Shown: positions 1 through 11,766, counted from the stretch's first letter. The stretch is 64,000 nucleotides of DNA from Escherichia coli (GCF_029227855.1 NZ_CP074356.1); one strand, 5' to 3'. Numbers and translations are program-made. Notes: generated by a model not told the origin, from the letters alone.

Positions 1-672
1 GTTAATCGCCCGAATCTCGATTTTCGTGGCTACGCCGGAACGCTGGCATCCGGTCGAGTGGAAGTCGGGCAACGTGTCAAAGTGCTGCCCTCTGGTGTGG
101 AATCAAACGTCGCGCGGATCGTGACTTTTGATGGCGATCGCGAAGAAGCCTTTGCCGGAGAAGCGATCACCCTGGTGCTGACGGATGAGATCGACATCAG
201 CCGTGGCGATCTGCTGCTGGCGGCAGACGAAGCGTTACCGGCTGTGCAGAGCGCGTCGGTGGATGTGGTATGGATGGCGGAACAGCCGCTTTCCGCGGGC
301 CAGAGTTATGACATCAAAATTGCCGGTAAGAAGACGCGTGCTCGTGTTGATGGTATTCGTTATCAGGTTGATATTAATAACCTTACCCAACGCGAAGTTG
401 AAAACCTGCCGCTGAACGGCATCGGCCTGGTGGATCTCACTTTTGACGAGCCACTGGTGTTAGATCGTTATCAGCAAAATCCGGTTACCGGTGGGCTGAT
501 TTTTATCGATCGCCTGAGCAATGTGACCGTGGGTGCCGGTATGGTGCACGAGCCAGTTAGCCAGGCAACTGCTGCGCCATCTGAATTCAGTGCATTTGAA
601 CTGGAATTGAATGCCCTGGTTCGTCGCCACTTTCCGCACTGGGGCGCACGCGATTTGCTGGGGGATAAATAA
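1..672 (+). CDS. cysN: Sulfate adenylyltransferase subunit 1 (CysN), C-terminal part; 5' end lies outside the window
   Basis: Reading frame open from base 1 and continuous with track ORF 58..672; C-terminal sequence recognised as CysN; stop TAA shares one base with the cysC ATG (TAATG). Confidence 0.9.
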   Translation, partial: VNRPNLDFRGYAGTLASGRVEVGQRVKVLPSGVESNVARIVTFDGDREEAFAGEAITLVLTDEIDISRGDLLLAADEALPAVQSASVDVVWMAEQPLSAGQSYDIKIAGKKTRARVDGIRYQVDINNLTQREVENLPLNGIGLVDLTFDEPLVLDRYQQNPVTGGLIFIDRLSNVTVGAGMVHEPVSQATAAPSEFSAFELELNALVRRHFPHWGARDLLGDK

Positions 673-1277
673 TGGCGCTGCATGACGAAAACGTCGTCTG
701 GCATAGCCATCCAGTCACTGTACAACAACGCGAGCTACACCACGGTCATCGTGGTGTAGTGCTGTGGTTTACCGGCCTCTCCGGGTCCGGTAAATCAACG
801 GTCGCCGGGGCGCTGGAGGAGGCATTACATAAACTCGGCGTCAGTACGTATCTGCTGGATGGCGACAATGTTCGCTACGGATTATGCAGCGATCTCGGTT
901 TTAGCGATGCCGATCGTAAAGAGAATATCCGTCGCGTCGGTGAAGTGGCGAATTTGATGGTTGAAGCCGGACTGGTAGTGCTGACCGCATTTATCTCGCC
1001 ACACCGCGCCGAACGCCAGATGGTTCGCGAACGCGTAGGAGAAGGGCGCTTTATCGAAGTGTTTGTCGATACGCCGCTGGCGATTTGCGAAGCCCGCGAT
1101 CCAAAAGGCTTATATAAGAAAGCGCGTGCCGGTGAACTGCGCAACTTTACGGGAATAGATTCCGTTTACGAAGCGCCTGAATCGGCAGAAATTCATCTCA
1201 ATGGTGAACAATTAGTAACAAATTTGGTACAGCAATTATTAGATCTGTTGAGACAGAACGATATTATCAGATCCTGA
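672..1277 (+). CDS. cysC: Adenylylsulfate (APS) kinase
   Basis: Track ORF 201 aa; P-loop GLSGSGKST; sits directly after cysN as in the cysDNC operon. Confidence 0.95.
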   Translation: MALHDENVVWHSHPVTVQQRELHHGHRGVVLWFTGLSGSGKSTVAGALEEALHKLGVSTYLLDGDNVRYGLCSDLGFSDADRKENIRRVGEVANLMVEAGLVVLTAFISPHRAERQMVRERVGEGRFIEVFVDTPLAICEARDPKGLYKKARAGELRNFTGIDSVYEAPESAEIHLNGEQLVTNLVQQLLDLLRQNDIIRS

Positions 1278-1326
1278 GACACCACCGGGTTTCCATGCCC
1301 GGTTCGTCAAAGTAACAGGATCAAAT

Positions 1327-1650
1327 ATGCGTAATAGCCATAACATTACACTAACAAATAACGACAGCCTTACTGAGGATGAAGAAACCACATGGTCACT
1401 GCCTGGTGCCGTGGTCGGTTTTATCTCCTGGTTATTTGCGCTGGCGATGCCGATGTTGATTTATGGCTCTAACACGCTGTTCTTCTTTATCTACACCTGG
1501 CCTTTCTTTCTGGCGCTGATGCCCGTCGCGGTAGTGGTGGGGATTGCGCTGCATTCATTGATGGACGGAAAGCTACGCTACAGTATTGTTTTCACCCTGG
1601 TGACAGTAGGCATTATGTTTGGCGCACTGTTTATGTGGCTACTGGGCTAA
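1327..1650 (+). CDS. ygbE: Small inner-membrane protein YgbE
   Basis: Track ORF 107 aa, hydrophobic; conserved position between cysC and ftsB. Confidence 0.8.
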   Translation: MRNSHNITLTNNDSLTEDEETTWSLPGAVVGFISWLFALAMPMLIYGSNTLFFFIYTWPFFLALMPVAVVVGIALHSLMDGKLRYSIVFTLVTVGIMFGALFMWLLG

Positions 1651-1843
1651 TTTGTACTTTCCCGTCTCCTCTGTTCATAATTCAAACCGTAACTAATAAT
1701 GAGATTATGTTCTGCACGCCCTGGGTATACGTAACAATGGACAAATGTGGTACATTTGCCCGCGTTGTCGCGGTATCCCCAACAGAGGATGTAGAGTCGT
1801 CTTCGGATGCATGGGATGATGATGCCGTTTTTCAGGGGGCAGG

Positions 1844-2155
1844 ATGGGTAAACTAACGCTGCTGTTGCTGGCTATTCTGGTCTGGCTACAGTATTCGCTG
1901 TGGTTCGGTAAGAACGGTATACATGACTATACCCGCGTCAATGATGATGTGGCGGCACAGCAAGCTACAAACGCGAAACTTAAAGCGCGAAACGATCAAC
2001 TTTTTGCCGAAATTGACGATCTCAATGGCGGCCAGGAGGCGCTCGAAGAGCGTGCGCGTAATGAACTCAGCATGACCAGGCCGGGCGAAACTTTTTATCG
2101 TCTGGTGCCTGACGCGTCGAAGCGCGCACAGTCTGCGGGGCAAAACAATCGATAA
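1844..2155 (+). CDS. ftsB: Cell division protein FtsB
   Basis: Track ORF 103 aa; N-terminal membrane anchor followed by coiled-coil; conserved position upstream of ispD. Confidence 0.9.
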
Positions 2156-2173
2156 ATCAGCCCAGGAATTAAC

Positions 2174-2884
2174 ATGGCAACCACTCATTTGGATGTTTGC
2201 GCCGTGGTTCCGGCGGCCGGATTTGGCCGTCGAATGCAAACGGAATGTCCTAAGCAATATCTCTCAATCGGTAATCAAACCATTCTTGAACACTCGGTGC
2301 ATGCGCTGCTGGCGCATCCCCGGGTGAAACATGTCGTCATTGCCATAAGTCCTGGCGATAGCCGTTTTGCACAACTTCCTCTGGCGAATCATCCGCAAAT
2401 CACCGTTGTAGATGGCGGTGATGAGCGTGCCGATTCCGTGCTGGCAGGTCTGAAAGCCGCTGGCGACGCGCAGTGGGTATTGGTGCATGACGCCGCTCGT
2501 CCTTGTCTGCATCAGGATGACCTCGCGCGATTGTTGACGTTGAGCGAAACCAGCCGCACGGGGGGGATCCTCGCCGCACCAGTGCGCGATACTATGAAAC
2601 GTGCCGAACCGGGCAAAAATGCCATTGCTCATACCGTTGATCGCAACGGCTTATGGCACGCGCTGACGCCGCAATTTTTCCCTCGTGAGCTGTTACATGA
2701 CTGTCTGACGCGCGCTCTAAATGAAGGCGCGACTATTACCGACGAAGCCTCGGCGCTGGAATATTGCGGATTTCATCCGCAGTTGGTCGAAGGCCGCGCG
2801 GATAACATTAAAGTCACGCGCCCGGAAGATTTGGCACTGGCCGAGTTTTACCTCACCCGAACCATCCATCAGGAGAATACATAA
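2174..2884 (+). CDS. ispD: 2-C-methyl-D-erythritol 4-phosphate cytidylyltransferase
   Basis: Track ORF 236 aa; IspD family; stop overlaps ispF start by 1 nt. Confidence 0.95.
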
Positions 2885-3363
2885 TGCGAATTGGACACGG
2901 TTTTGACGTACACGCCTTTGGCGGTGAAGGCCCAATTATCATTGGTGGCGTACGCATTCCTTACGAAAAAGGATTGCTGGCGCATTCTGATGGCGACGTG
3001 GCGCTCCATGCGTTGACCGATGCATTGCTTGGCGCGGCGGCGCTGGGGGATATCGGCAAGCTGTTCCCGGATACCGATCCGGCATTTAAAGGTGCCGACA
3101 GCCGCGAGCTGCTACGCGAAGCCTGGCGTCGTATTCAGGCGAAGGGTTATACCCTGGGCAACGTCGATGTCACTATCATCGCTCAGGCACCGAAGATGTT
3201 GCCGCACATTCCACAAATGCGCGTGTTTATTGCCGAAGATCTCGGCTGCCATATGGATGATGTTAACGTGAAAGCCACTACTACGGAAAAACTGGGATTT
3301 ACCGGACGTGGGGAAGGGATTGCCTGTGAAGCGGTGGCGCTACTCATTAAGGCAACAAAATGA
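2884..3363 (+). CDS. ispF: 2-C-methyl-D-erythritol 2,4-cyclodiphosphate synthase
   Basis: Track ORF 159 aa; IspF family; 4-nt ATGA overlap with truD. Confidence 0.95.
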
Positions 3364-4389
3364 TTGAGTTTGATAATCTCACTTACCTCCACGGTAAACC
3401 GCAAGGCACCGGGCTGCTGAAAGCCAATCCGGAAGACTTTGTGGTGGTGGAAGATTTGGGCTTTGAGCCTGATGGTGAAGGTGAGCATATTCTGGTTAGA
3501 ATCCTCAAAAACGGCTGCAATACCCGTTTTGTGGCGGATGCACTGGCGAAATTCCTGAAAATTCATGCCCGTGAAGTCAGCTTCGCTGGGCAAAAAGACA
3601 AACATGCTGTTACGGAACAGTGGTTATGCGCTCGCGTGCCGGGCAAGGAAATGCCCGATCTGAGCGCCTTTCAACTGGAAGGCTGCCAGGTGCTGGAGTA
3701 TGCGCGGCACAAGCGCAAGCTGCGTTTAGGCGCGCTGAAAGGTAACGCCTTTACCCTGGTTCTGCGCGAAGTGAGCAATCGCGATGACGTTGAACAACGT
3801 CTGATCGATATTTGCGTAAAAGGCGTGCCTAACTATTTTGGTGCCCAACGTTTTGGGATTGGCGGTAGCAACTTGCAGGGCGCGCTGCGCTGGGCGCAAA
3901 CCAATACTCCGGTGCGCGATCGCAATAAACGGAGTTTTTGGTTGTCGGCAGCCCGCAGTGCGTTGTTTAATCAGATTGTTGCTGAGCGCCTCAAAAAAGC
4001 AGACGTTAATCAAGTTGTTGACGGCGATGCGCTACAATTAGCCGGACGTGGTAGCTGGTTTGTCGCAACCACCGAAGAACTGGCGGAATTACAGCGTCGC
4101 GTCAACGATAAAGAGCTGATGATAACCGCCGCATTGCCGGGCAGTGGCGAATGGGGAACTCAGCGTGAAGCGTTGGCATTCGAACAAGCAGCTGTCGCCG
4201 CAGAAACTGAATTACAAGCCTTACTGGTGCGCGAAAAAGTTGAAGCCGCGCGCAGAGCGATGCTGCTGTATCCGCAACAATTAAGCTGGAACTGGTGGGA
4301 TGACGTCACCGTAGAAATCCGTTTCTGGCTTCCGGCGGGAAGTTTTGCAACCAGCGTTGTCAGGGAACTTATCAACACAACAGGTGATT

Positions 4390-4409
<20 letters not shown>
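3360..4409 (+). CDS. truD: tRNA pseudouridine(13) synthase TruD
   Basis: Track ORF 349 aa; TruD family; conserved synteny. Confidence 0.93.
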
Positions 4410-5771
<1,362 letters not shown>

Positions 5772-5910
5772 AACGTGAGGAAATACCTGGATTTTTCCTG
5801 GTTATTTTGCCGCAGGTCAGCGTATCGTGAACATCTTTTCCAGTGTTCAGTATGGTGCCTTGCACGGTAATTATGTCACTGGTTATTAACCAATTTTTCC
5901 TGGGGGATAA

Positions 5911-7050
5911 ATGAGCGCGGGAAGCCCAAAATTCACCGTTCGCCGCATTGCGGCTTTGTCACTGGTTTCGCTATGGCTGGCAGGCTGTTCTGACACTTCA
6001 AATCCACCGGCCCCGGTCAGCTCCGTTAATGGCAATGCGCCTGCAAATACCAATTCTGGTATGTTGATTACGCCGCCGCCGAAAATGGGGACGACGTCTA
6101 CAGCTCAGCAACCGCAAATTCAGCCGGTACAGCAGCCACAAATTCAGGCAACTCAACAACCGCAAATCCAGCCGGTGCAGCCAGTAGCTCAGCAGCCGGT
6201 ACAGATGGAAAACGGACGCATCGTCTATAACCGTCAGTATGGGAACATTCCGAAAGGCAGTTATAGCGGCAGTACCTATACCGTGAAAAAAGGCGACACA
6301 CTTTTCTATATCGCCTGGATTACTGGCAACGATTTCCGTGACCTTGCTCAGCGCAACAATATTCAGGCACCATACGCGCTGAACGTTGGTCAGACCTTGC
6401 AGGTGGGTAATGCTTCCGGTACGCCAATCACTGGCGGAAATGCCATTACCCAGGCCGACGCAGCAGAGCAAGGAGTTGTGATCAAGCCTGCACAAAATTC
6501 CACCGTTGCTGTTGCGTCGCAACCGACAATTACGTATTCTGAGTCTTCGGGTGAACAGAGTGCTAACAAAATGTTGCCGAACAACAAGCCAACTGCGACC
6601 ACGGTCACAGCGCCTGTAACGGTACCAACAGCAAGCACAACCGAGCCGACTGTCAGCAGTACATCAACCAGTACGCCTATCTCCACCTGGCGCTGGCCGA
6701 CTGAGGGCAAAGTGATCGAAACCTTTGGCGCTTCTGAGGGGGGCAACAAGGGGATTGATATCGCAGGCAGCAAAGGACAGGCAATTATCGCGACCGCAGA
6801 TGGCCGCGTTGTTTATGCCGGTAACGCGCTGCGCGGCTACGGTAATCTGATTATCATCAAACATAATGATGATTACCTGAGTGCCTACGCCCATAACGAC
6901 ACAATGCTGGTCCGGGAACAACAAGAAGTGAAGGCGGGGCAAAAAATAGCAACCATGGGTAGCACCGGAACCAGTTCAACACGCTTGCATTTTGAAATTC
7001 GTTACAAGGGGAAATCCGTAAACCCGCTGCGTTATTTGCCGCAGCGATAA
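5911..7050 (+). CDS. nlpD: Murein hydrolase activator lipoprotein NlpD (LysM plus LytM/M23 domains)
   Basis: Track ORF 379 aa; lipobox LAGCS; Q/P-rich repeat; C-terminal M23-like domain; lies directly upstream of rpoS. Confidence 0.95.
   Translation: MSAGSPKFTVRRIAALSLVSLWLAGCSDTSNPPAPVSSVNGNAPANTNSGMLITPPPKMGTTSTAQQPQIQPVQQPQIQATQQPQIQPVQPVAQQPVQMENGRIVYNRQYGNIPKGSYSGSTYTVKKGDTLFYIAWITGNDFRDLAQRNNIQAPYALNVGQTLQVGNASGTPITGGNAITQADAAEQGVVIKPAQNSTVAVASQPTITYSESSGEQSANKMLPNNKPTATTVTAPVTVPTASTTEPTVSSTSTSTPISTWRWPTEGKVIETFGASEGGNKGIDIAGSKGQAIIATADGRVVYAGNALRGYGNLIIIKHNDDYLSAYAHNDTMLVREQQEVKAGQKIATMGSTGTSSTRLHFEIRYKGKSVNPLRYLPQR
6106..6203 (+). repeat. Imperfect tandem ~27-bp coding repeats inside nlpD, encoding QQPQIQPVQ-type units
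   Basis: Repeated cagcaaccgcaaattcagccggtacag-like units visible in the sequence. Confidence 0.7.
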
Positions 7051-7112
7051 ATCGGCGGAACCAGGCTTTTGCTTGAATGTTCCGTCAAGGGATCACGGGT
7101 AGGAGCCACCTT

Positions 7113-8105
7113 ATGAGTCAGAATACGCTGAAAGTTCATGATTTAAATGAAGATGCGGAATTTGATGAGAACGGAGTTGAGGTTTTTGACGAAAAGGCCT
7201 TAGTAGAAGAGGAACCCAGTGATAACGATTTGGCCGAAGAGGAACTGTTATCGCAGGGAGCCACACAGCGTGTGCTGGACGCGACTCAGCTTTACCTTGG
7301 TGAGATTGGTTATTCACCACTGTTAACGGCCGAAGAAGAAGTTTATTTTGCGCGTCGCGCACTGCGTGGAGATGTTGCCTCCCGCCGCCGGATGATCGAG
7401 AGTAACTTGCGTCTGGTGGTAAAAATTGCCCGCCGTTATGGCAATCGTGGTCTGGCGTTGCTGGACCTGATCGAAGAGGGCAACCTGGGGCTGATCCGCG
7501 CGGTAGAGAAGTTTGACCCGGAACGTGGTTTCCGCTTCTCAACATACGCAACCTGGTGGATTCGCCAGACGATCGAACGGGCGATTATGAACCAAACCCG
7601 TACTATTCGTTTGCCTATTCACATCGTAAAGGAGCTGAACGTTTACCTGCGAACCGCACGCGAGTTGTCCCATAAACTGGACCACGAACCAAGTGCGGAA
7701 GAGATCGCAGAGCAACTGGATAAGCCAGTTGATGACGTCAGCCGTATGCTTCGTCTTAACGAGCGCATTACCTCGGTAGACACCCCGCTGGGTGGTGATT
7801 CCGAAAAAGCGTTGCTGGACATCCTGGCCGATGAAAAAGAGAACGGTCCGGAAGATACCACGCAAGATGACGATATGAAGCAGAGCATCGTCAAATGGCT
7901 GTTCGAGCTGAACGCCAAACAGCGTGAAGTACTGGCACGTCGATTCGGTTTGCTGGGGTACGAAGCGGCAACACTGGAAGATGTAGGTCGTGAAATTGGC
8001 CTCACCCGTGAACGTGTTCGCCAGATTCAGGTTGAAGGCCTGCGCCGTTTGCGCGAAATCCTGCAAACGCAGGGGCTGAATATCGAAGCGCTGTTCCGCG
8101 AGTAA
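7113..8105 (+). CDS. rpoS: RNA polymerase sigma factor RpoS (sigma-38)
   Basis: Track ORF 7077..8105; start set to the ATG encoding [21 protein letters not shown], giving 330 aa; sigma-70 family regions present. Confidence 0.95.
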   Translation: MSQNTLKVHDLNEDAEFDENGVEVFDEKALVEEEPSDNDLAEEELLSQGATQRVLDATQLYLGEIGYSPLLTAEEEVYFARRALRGDVASRRRMIESNLRLVVKIARRYGNRGLALLDLIEEGNLGLIRAVEKFDPERGFRFSTYATWWIRQTIERAIMNQTRTIRLPIHIVKELNVYLRTARELSHKLDHEPSAEEIAEQLDKPVDDVSRMLRLNERITSVDTPLGGDSEKALLDILADEKENGPEDTTQDDDMKQSIVKWLFELNAKQREVLARRFGLLGYEAATLEDVGREIGLTRERVRQIQVEGLRRLREILQTQGLNIEALFRE

Positions 8106-8122
8106 GTAAGCATCTGTCAGAA

Positions 8123-8152
8123 AGGCCAGTCTCAAGCGAGGCTGGCCTTTTT
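8123..8152 (+). terminator. Rho-independent terminator of rpoS
   Basis: Hairpin aggccag...ctggcct followed by TTTTT, 18 nt after the rpoS stop. Confidence 0.8.
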
Positions 8153-8154
8153 GT

Positions 8155-8865
8155 TGTGCACAGAAAACCCCCAGCTAGGCTGGGGGTTCCGGAAAGCTTT
8201 CAGCTTTAAGCCAGTTATTAAAACCCCTTTTGATTTGTTAAAACACCTTGCGGTCTGGCAACTGCAAGTGTCAAACAAGAAATCAAAAGGGGGTCCCAAT
8301 GGGGAACGAAAAGAGCTTAGCGCACACCCGATGGAACTGTAAATATCACATAGTTTTTGCGCCAAAATACCGAAGACAGGTGTTCTACAGAGAGAAGCGT
8401 AGAGCAATAGGCAGTATTTTGAGAAAGCTGTGTGAGTGGAAAAGTGTACGGATTCTGGAAGCTGAATGCTGTGCAGATCATATCCATATGCTTGTGGAGA
8501 TCCCGCCCAAAATGAGCGTATCCGGCTTTATGGGATATCTGAAAGGGAAAAGCAGTCTGATGCTTTACGAGCAGTTTGGTGATTTGAAATTCAAATACAG
8601 GAACAGGGAGTTCTGGTGCAGAGGGTACTACGTCGATACGGTGGGTAAGAACACGGCGAAGATACAGGATTACATAAAGCACCAGCTTGAAGAGGATAAA
8701 ATGGGAGAGCAGTTATCGATTCCCTATCCGGGCAGCCCGTTTACGGGCCGTAAGTAACGAAGTTGGATGCAAATGTCAGATCGTGTGCGCCTGTTAGGGC
8801 GCGGCTGGTAAGAGAGCCTTATAGGCGCATTTGAAAAACCTCCGGCTATGCCGGAGGATATTTAT
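8155..8865 (+). mobile_element. IS200-family insertion sequence (IS200/IS605 family); boundaries approximate
   Basis: Intact 152-aa Y1 HUH transposase with the HxH motif; hairpin at the left end (8166..8188); imperfect stem-loop around the RBS (8226..8290); hairpin at the right end (8839..8857); overall size about 0.7 kb as expected for IS200. Confidence 0.8.
8299..8757 (+). CDS. tnpA: IS200/IS605-family transposase TnpA (Y1 HUH)
   Basis: Track ORF 8248..8757 trimmed to the ATG preceded by an AAAAGGGGG Shine-Dalgarno; product 152 aa, MGNEKSLAHTRWNCKYHIVFAPKYRR...HIHMLVEIPPK, typical IS200 TnpA. Confidence 0.9.
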   Translation: MGNEKSLAHTRWNCKYHIVFAPKYRRQVFYREKRRAIGSILRKLCEWKSVRILEAECCADHIHMLVEIPPKMSVSGFMGYLKGKSSLMLYEQFGDLKFKYRNREFWCRGYYVDTVGKNTAKIQDYIKHQLEEDKMGEQLSIPYPGSPFTGRK

Positions 8866-8897
8866 TTCTTTTGGTTGGGGAGCCGGTGTGTTTGTGG

Positions 8898-8930
8898 GCT
8901 GGATAAGCCGCGATAGCGTCTCATCCGGCA
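8898..8930. repeat. REP-like palindromic element
   Basis: gctggataagccgcgatagcgtctcatccggca resembles REP units (ggataagc...catccggc inverted arms). Confidence 0.5.
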
Positions 8931-8939
8931 ATTTGCACC

Positions 8940-9347
8940 CTATGTGTTCATCATCTTGCGCACTAGCTGCATAAACAGCTCCTGCTCTTCTCCACTCAAA
9001 CGCCCCAAAAATTCCTCATCCACGCTGTCACCTATCGGTATCGCCGCAGCAAGTATCTTTTCGCCTTCGGCAGTCAGCCAGACAAAGCGTCGCCGCTTGT
9101 CAGCGGCGTCATGTTCACGTCTGACTAAGCCACGATTTTCCATTCTTGCCAACATTTCTGCCAGCGTTGCTTTGGTGCTGACGGCTGCTTCTATCAGTGC
9201 CACCTGTTCGATACCAGGCTTATCAGCAATGGCGCGCATCACCGCGTACTGTGGTTTGGTCAGGTCAGGTAACTCGTGCTGCCAGCGGGCCGTGTGTTGC
9301 TGAAAAAGCTGTCGTAACTGATGGAACGCTTTATTTCGTAACGCCAT
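8940..9347 (-). CDS. hosA: MarR/SlyA-family transcriptional regulator (HosA-like)
   Basis: Track ORF 135 aa with a winged-helix MarR fold signature; divergent from the UbiX/UbiD-type operon. Confidence 0.8.
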   Translation of the reverse strand: MALRNKAFHQLRQLFQQHTARWQHELPDLTKPQYAVMRAIADKPGIEQVALIEAAVSTKATLAEMLARMENRGLVRREHDAADKRRRFVWLTAEGEKILAAAIPIGDSVDEEFLGRLSGEEQELFMQLVRKMMNT

Positions 9348-9462
9348 GTAAACTCCGGGCTAATTCTCTGTCGCTATCATAGCGGTTTTTCAGTGACGAA
9401 GAAGATGTTGTTACTTTTCAATCCTTGCCGCTGTGGAAATGAAGGAGTATGTTAATAATAAC

Positions 9463-9476
9463 GTTCGTATACGAAC
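9463..9476. promoter_or_regulatory. Perfect 14-bp palindrome GTTCGTATACGAAC in the hosA/ecdB divergent region; candidate MarR-type operator
   Basis: Exact inverted repeat read in the sequence, 18 nt upstream of the ecdB ATG. Confidence 0.5.
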
Positions 9477-9493
9477 AATTAAGAGAGTAAGCA

Positions 9494-10087
9494 ATGAAAC
9501 TGATCGTCGGGATGACAGGGGCTACCGGTGCGCCTCTTGGTGTGGCATTACTGCAAGCGCTGCGGGAGATGCCGAATGTCGAGACTCATCTGGTGATGTC
9601 GAAGTGGGCGAAAACCACTATTGAACTGGAAACGCCTTACAGCGCTCGCGATGTTGCCGCCCTCGCAGACTTCAGCCATAACCCGGCGGATCAGGCGGCG
9701 ACCATCTCCTCAGGTTCCTTTCGTACCGACGGCATGATCGTTATTCCGTGCAGTATGAAAACGCTCGCCGGTATCCGTGCCGGTTACGCCGATGGCCTGG
9801 TAGGGCGCGCGGCGGACGTCGTGCTCAAAGAAGGCCGCAAACTAGTGCTGGTGCCGCGTGAAATGCCGCTTAGCACCATCCATCTCGAAAATATGCTCGC
9901 ACTTTCACGCATGGGCGTGGCGATGGTGCCGCCGATGCCTGCCTTTTATAACCATCCCGAAACGGTAGATGACATTGTCCACCACGTGGTAGCCCGCGTG
10001 CTGGATCAATTTGGCCTCGAACATCCCCACGCCAGGCGCTGGCAAGAATTGCCGCAGGTCCGGAATTTTTCTCAGGAGAATGAATAA
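9494..10087 (+). CDS. ecdB: UbiX-type flavin prenyltransferase, B subunit of a non-oxidative hydroxyarylic acid decarboxylase
   Basis: Track ORF 197 aa; N-terminal MKLIVGMTGATGAPLG flavoprotein motif (UbiX/Pad1 family). Confidence 0.85.
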   Translation: MKLIVGMTGATGAPLGVALLQALREMPNVETHLVMSKWAKTTIELETPYSARDVAALADFSHNPADQAATISSGSFRTDGMIVIPCSMKTLAGIRAGYADGLVGRAADVVLKEGRKLVLVPREMPLSTIHLENMLALSRMGVAMVPPMPAFYNHPETVDDIVHHVVARVLDQFGLEHPHARRWQELPQVRNFSQENE

Positions 10088-11514
10088 TGGCATTTGATAA
10101 TTTACGCAGCTTTTTACAGGCGCTTGATGACCACGGCCAGTTACTGAAAATCAGCGAAGAGGTGAACGCGGAACCGGATCTGGCAGCAGCAGCTAACGCC
10201 ACCGGGCGTATCGGCGACGGCGCGCCCGCGCTGTGGTTTGACAATATTCGCGGCTTTACCGATGCCCGTGTGGCGATGAATACCATCGGTTCCTGGCAGA
10301 ACCACGCGATTTCCCTCGGCCTGCCGCCAAACACCCCGGTCAAAAAGCAGATTGATGAGTTTATCCGCCGCTGGGATAACTTCCCCATTGCCCCGGAGCG
10401 CCGCGCCAATCCAGCCTGGGCGCAGAACACCGTCGATGGCGACGAGATCAACCTGTTCGATATCCTGCCGCTGTTTCGTTTAAACGATGGCGATGGCGGT
10501 TTCTATCTCGACAAAGCGTGCGTGGTTTCCCGCGATCCGCTCGACCCGGATAACTTCGGCAAGCAGAACGTCGGTATCTATCGTATGGAAGTGAAGGGCA
10601 AACGTAAGCTCGGCCTGCAACCGGTGCCGATGCACGATATCGCCCTGCATCTGCATAAAGCGGAAGAACGCGGTGAAGATCTGCCGATTGCCATCACCTT
10701 GGGTAACGATCCGATCATCACGCTGATGGGGGCCACGCCGCTGAAATATGATCAGTCCGAGTATGAAATGGCAGGCGCGCTGCGCGAAAGCCCGTACCCG
10801 ATCGCCACCGCCCCGCTGACCGGTTTTGATGTGCCGTGGGGCTCGGAAGTGATCCTCGAAGGGGTCATCGAAAGCCGTAAACGCGAAATCGAAGGGCCGT
10901 TCGGTGAGTTTACCGGGCACTACTCCGGCGGGCGTAACATGACCGTGGTGCGTATCGATAAAGTCTCTTACCGCACCAGGCCGATTTTCGAATCGCTGTA
11001 CCTCGGCATGCCGTGGACAGAAATCGACTACCTGATGGGGCCAGCCACCTGCGTGCCGCTGTATCAGCAACTGAAAGCCGAGTTCCCGGAAGTGCAGGCG
11101 GTGAACGCCATGTACACCCACGGCCTGCTGGCGATTATCTCCACCAAAAAACGCTACGGTGGCTTTGCCCGCGCGGTGGGCCTGCGTGCGATGACCACGC
11201 CACACGGTCTGGGCTACGTGAAGATGGTGATTATGGTCGATGAAGACGTTGATCCGTTCAACCTGCCGCAGGTGATGTGGGCGCTCTCTTCGAAAGTGAA
11301 CCCGGCAGGGGATTTGGTGCAGTTGCCGAATATGTCCGTGCTGGAACTCGACCCTGGCTCAAGCCCGGCCGGTATCACCGACAAGCTGATTATCGACGCC
11401 ACCACGCCTGTCGCCCCGGACAACCGTGGTCACTACAGCCAGCCGGTGGTGGATTTACCGGAAACCAAAGCCTGGGCTGAAAAACTGACCGCTATGCTGG
11501 CCGCACGTAAATAA
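10087..11514 (+). CDS. ecdC: UbiD-family decarboxylase, C subunit
   Basis: Track ORF 475 aa; UbiD family; start overlaps the ecdB stop (ATAATGG). Confidence 0.85.
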   Translation: MAFDNLRSFLQALDDHGQLLKISEEVNAEPDLAAAANATGRIGDGAPALWFDNIRGFTDARVAMNTIGSWQNHAISLGLPPNTPVKKQIDEFIRRWDNFPIAPERRANPAWAQNTVDGDEINLFDILPLFRLNDGDGGFYLDKACVVSRDPLDPDNFGKQNVGIYRMEVKGKRKLGLQPVPMHDIALHLHKAEERGEDLPIAITLGNDPIITLMGATPLKYDQSEYEMAGALRESPYPIATAPLTGFDVPWGSEVILEGVIESRKREIEGPFGEFTGHYSGGRNMTVVRIDKVSYRTRPIFESLYLGMPWTEIDYLMGPATCVPLYQQLKAEFPEVQAVNAMYTHGLLAIISTKKRYGGFARAVGLRAMTTPHGLGYVKMVIMVDEDVDPFNLPQVMWALSSKVNPAGDLVQLPNMSVLELDPGSSPAGITDKLIIDATTPVAPDNRGHYSQPVVDLPETKAWAEKLTAMLAARK

Positions 11515-11524
11515 GGAGAACAAG

Positions 11525-11761
11525 ATGATTTGTCCACGTTGTGCCGATGAACAGATTGAAGTGATGGCGAAATCGCCGGTAAAAGATGTCTGGACGGTCT
11601 ACCAGTGCCAGCATTGCCTCTATACCTGGCGCGATACCGAACCGCTACGCCGCACCAGCCGCGAACATTACCCGGAAGCGTTTCGTATGACGCAGAAAGA
11701 CATTGATGACGCGCCAATGGTGCCGAGCATTCCGCCGCTGCTGGCGGAAGGTAAGCGCTAA
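11525..11761 (+). CDS. ecdD: Small zinc-ribbon subunit (D) of the decarboxylase
   Basis: Track ORF 78 aa with CPRC...CQHC; third gene of the three-gene operon. Confidence 0.75.
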   Translation: MICPRCADEQIEVMAKSPVKDVWTVYQCQHCLYTWRDTEPLRRTSREHYPEAFRMTQKDIDDAPMVPSIPPLLAEGKR

Positions 11762-11766
11762 ATAAA

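Noticed and set aside
1635-1856. 73-aa ORF between ygbE and ftsB
   Set aside because: Overlaps the ygbE 3' end and ftsB 5' region; no Shine-Dalgarno; not a recognised family
5998-6773. 174-aa and 127-aa minus-strand ORFs
   Set aside because: Antisense to nlpD; spurious
7077-7112. N-terminal extensions of track ORFs (rpoS at 7077; similarly surE 4345, fhlA 24430, hypC 26895, hypA 28097, hycE 32240, ascB 38568, ascG 40216, hydN 41426, hypF 42049, norR 47120, mltB 53804, pncC 55136, recA 55701)
   Set aside because: The track reports the longest ORF, including non-ATG starts; internal starts giving the well-known N-termini, with Shine-Dalgarno support, were preferred
8132-8682. Minus-strand ORFs of 91 and 121 aa inside the IS200 element
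   Set aside because: Antisense to the transposase gene; IS200 encodes a single protein
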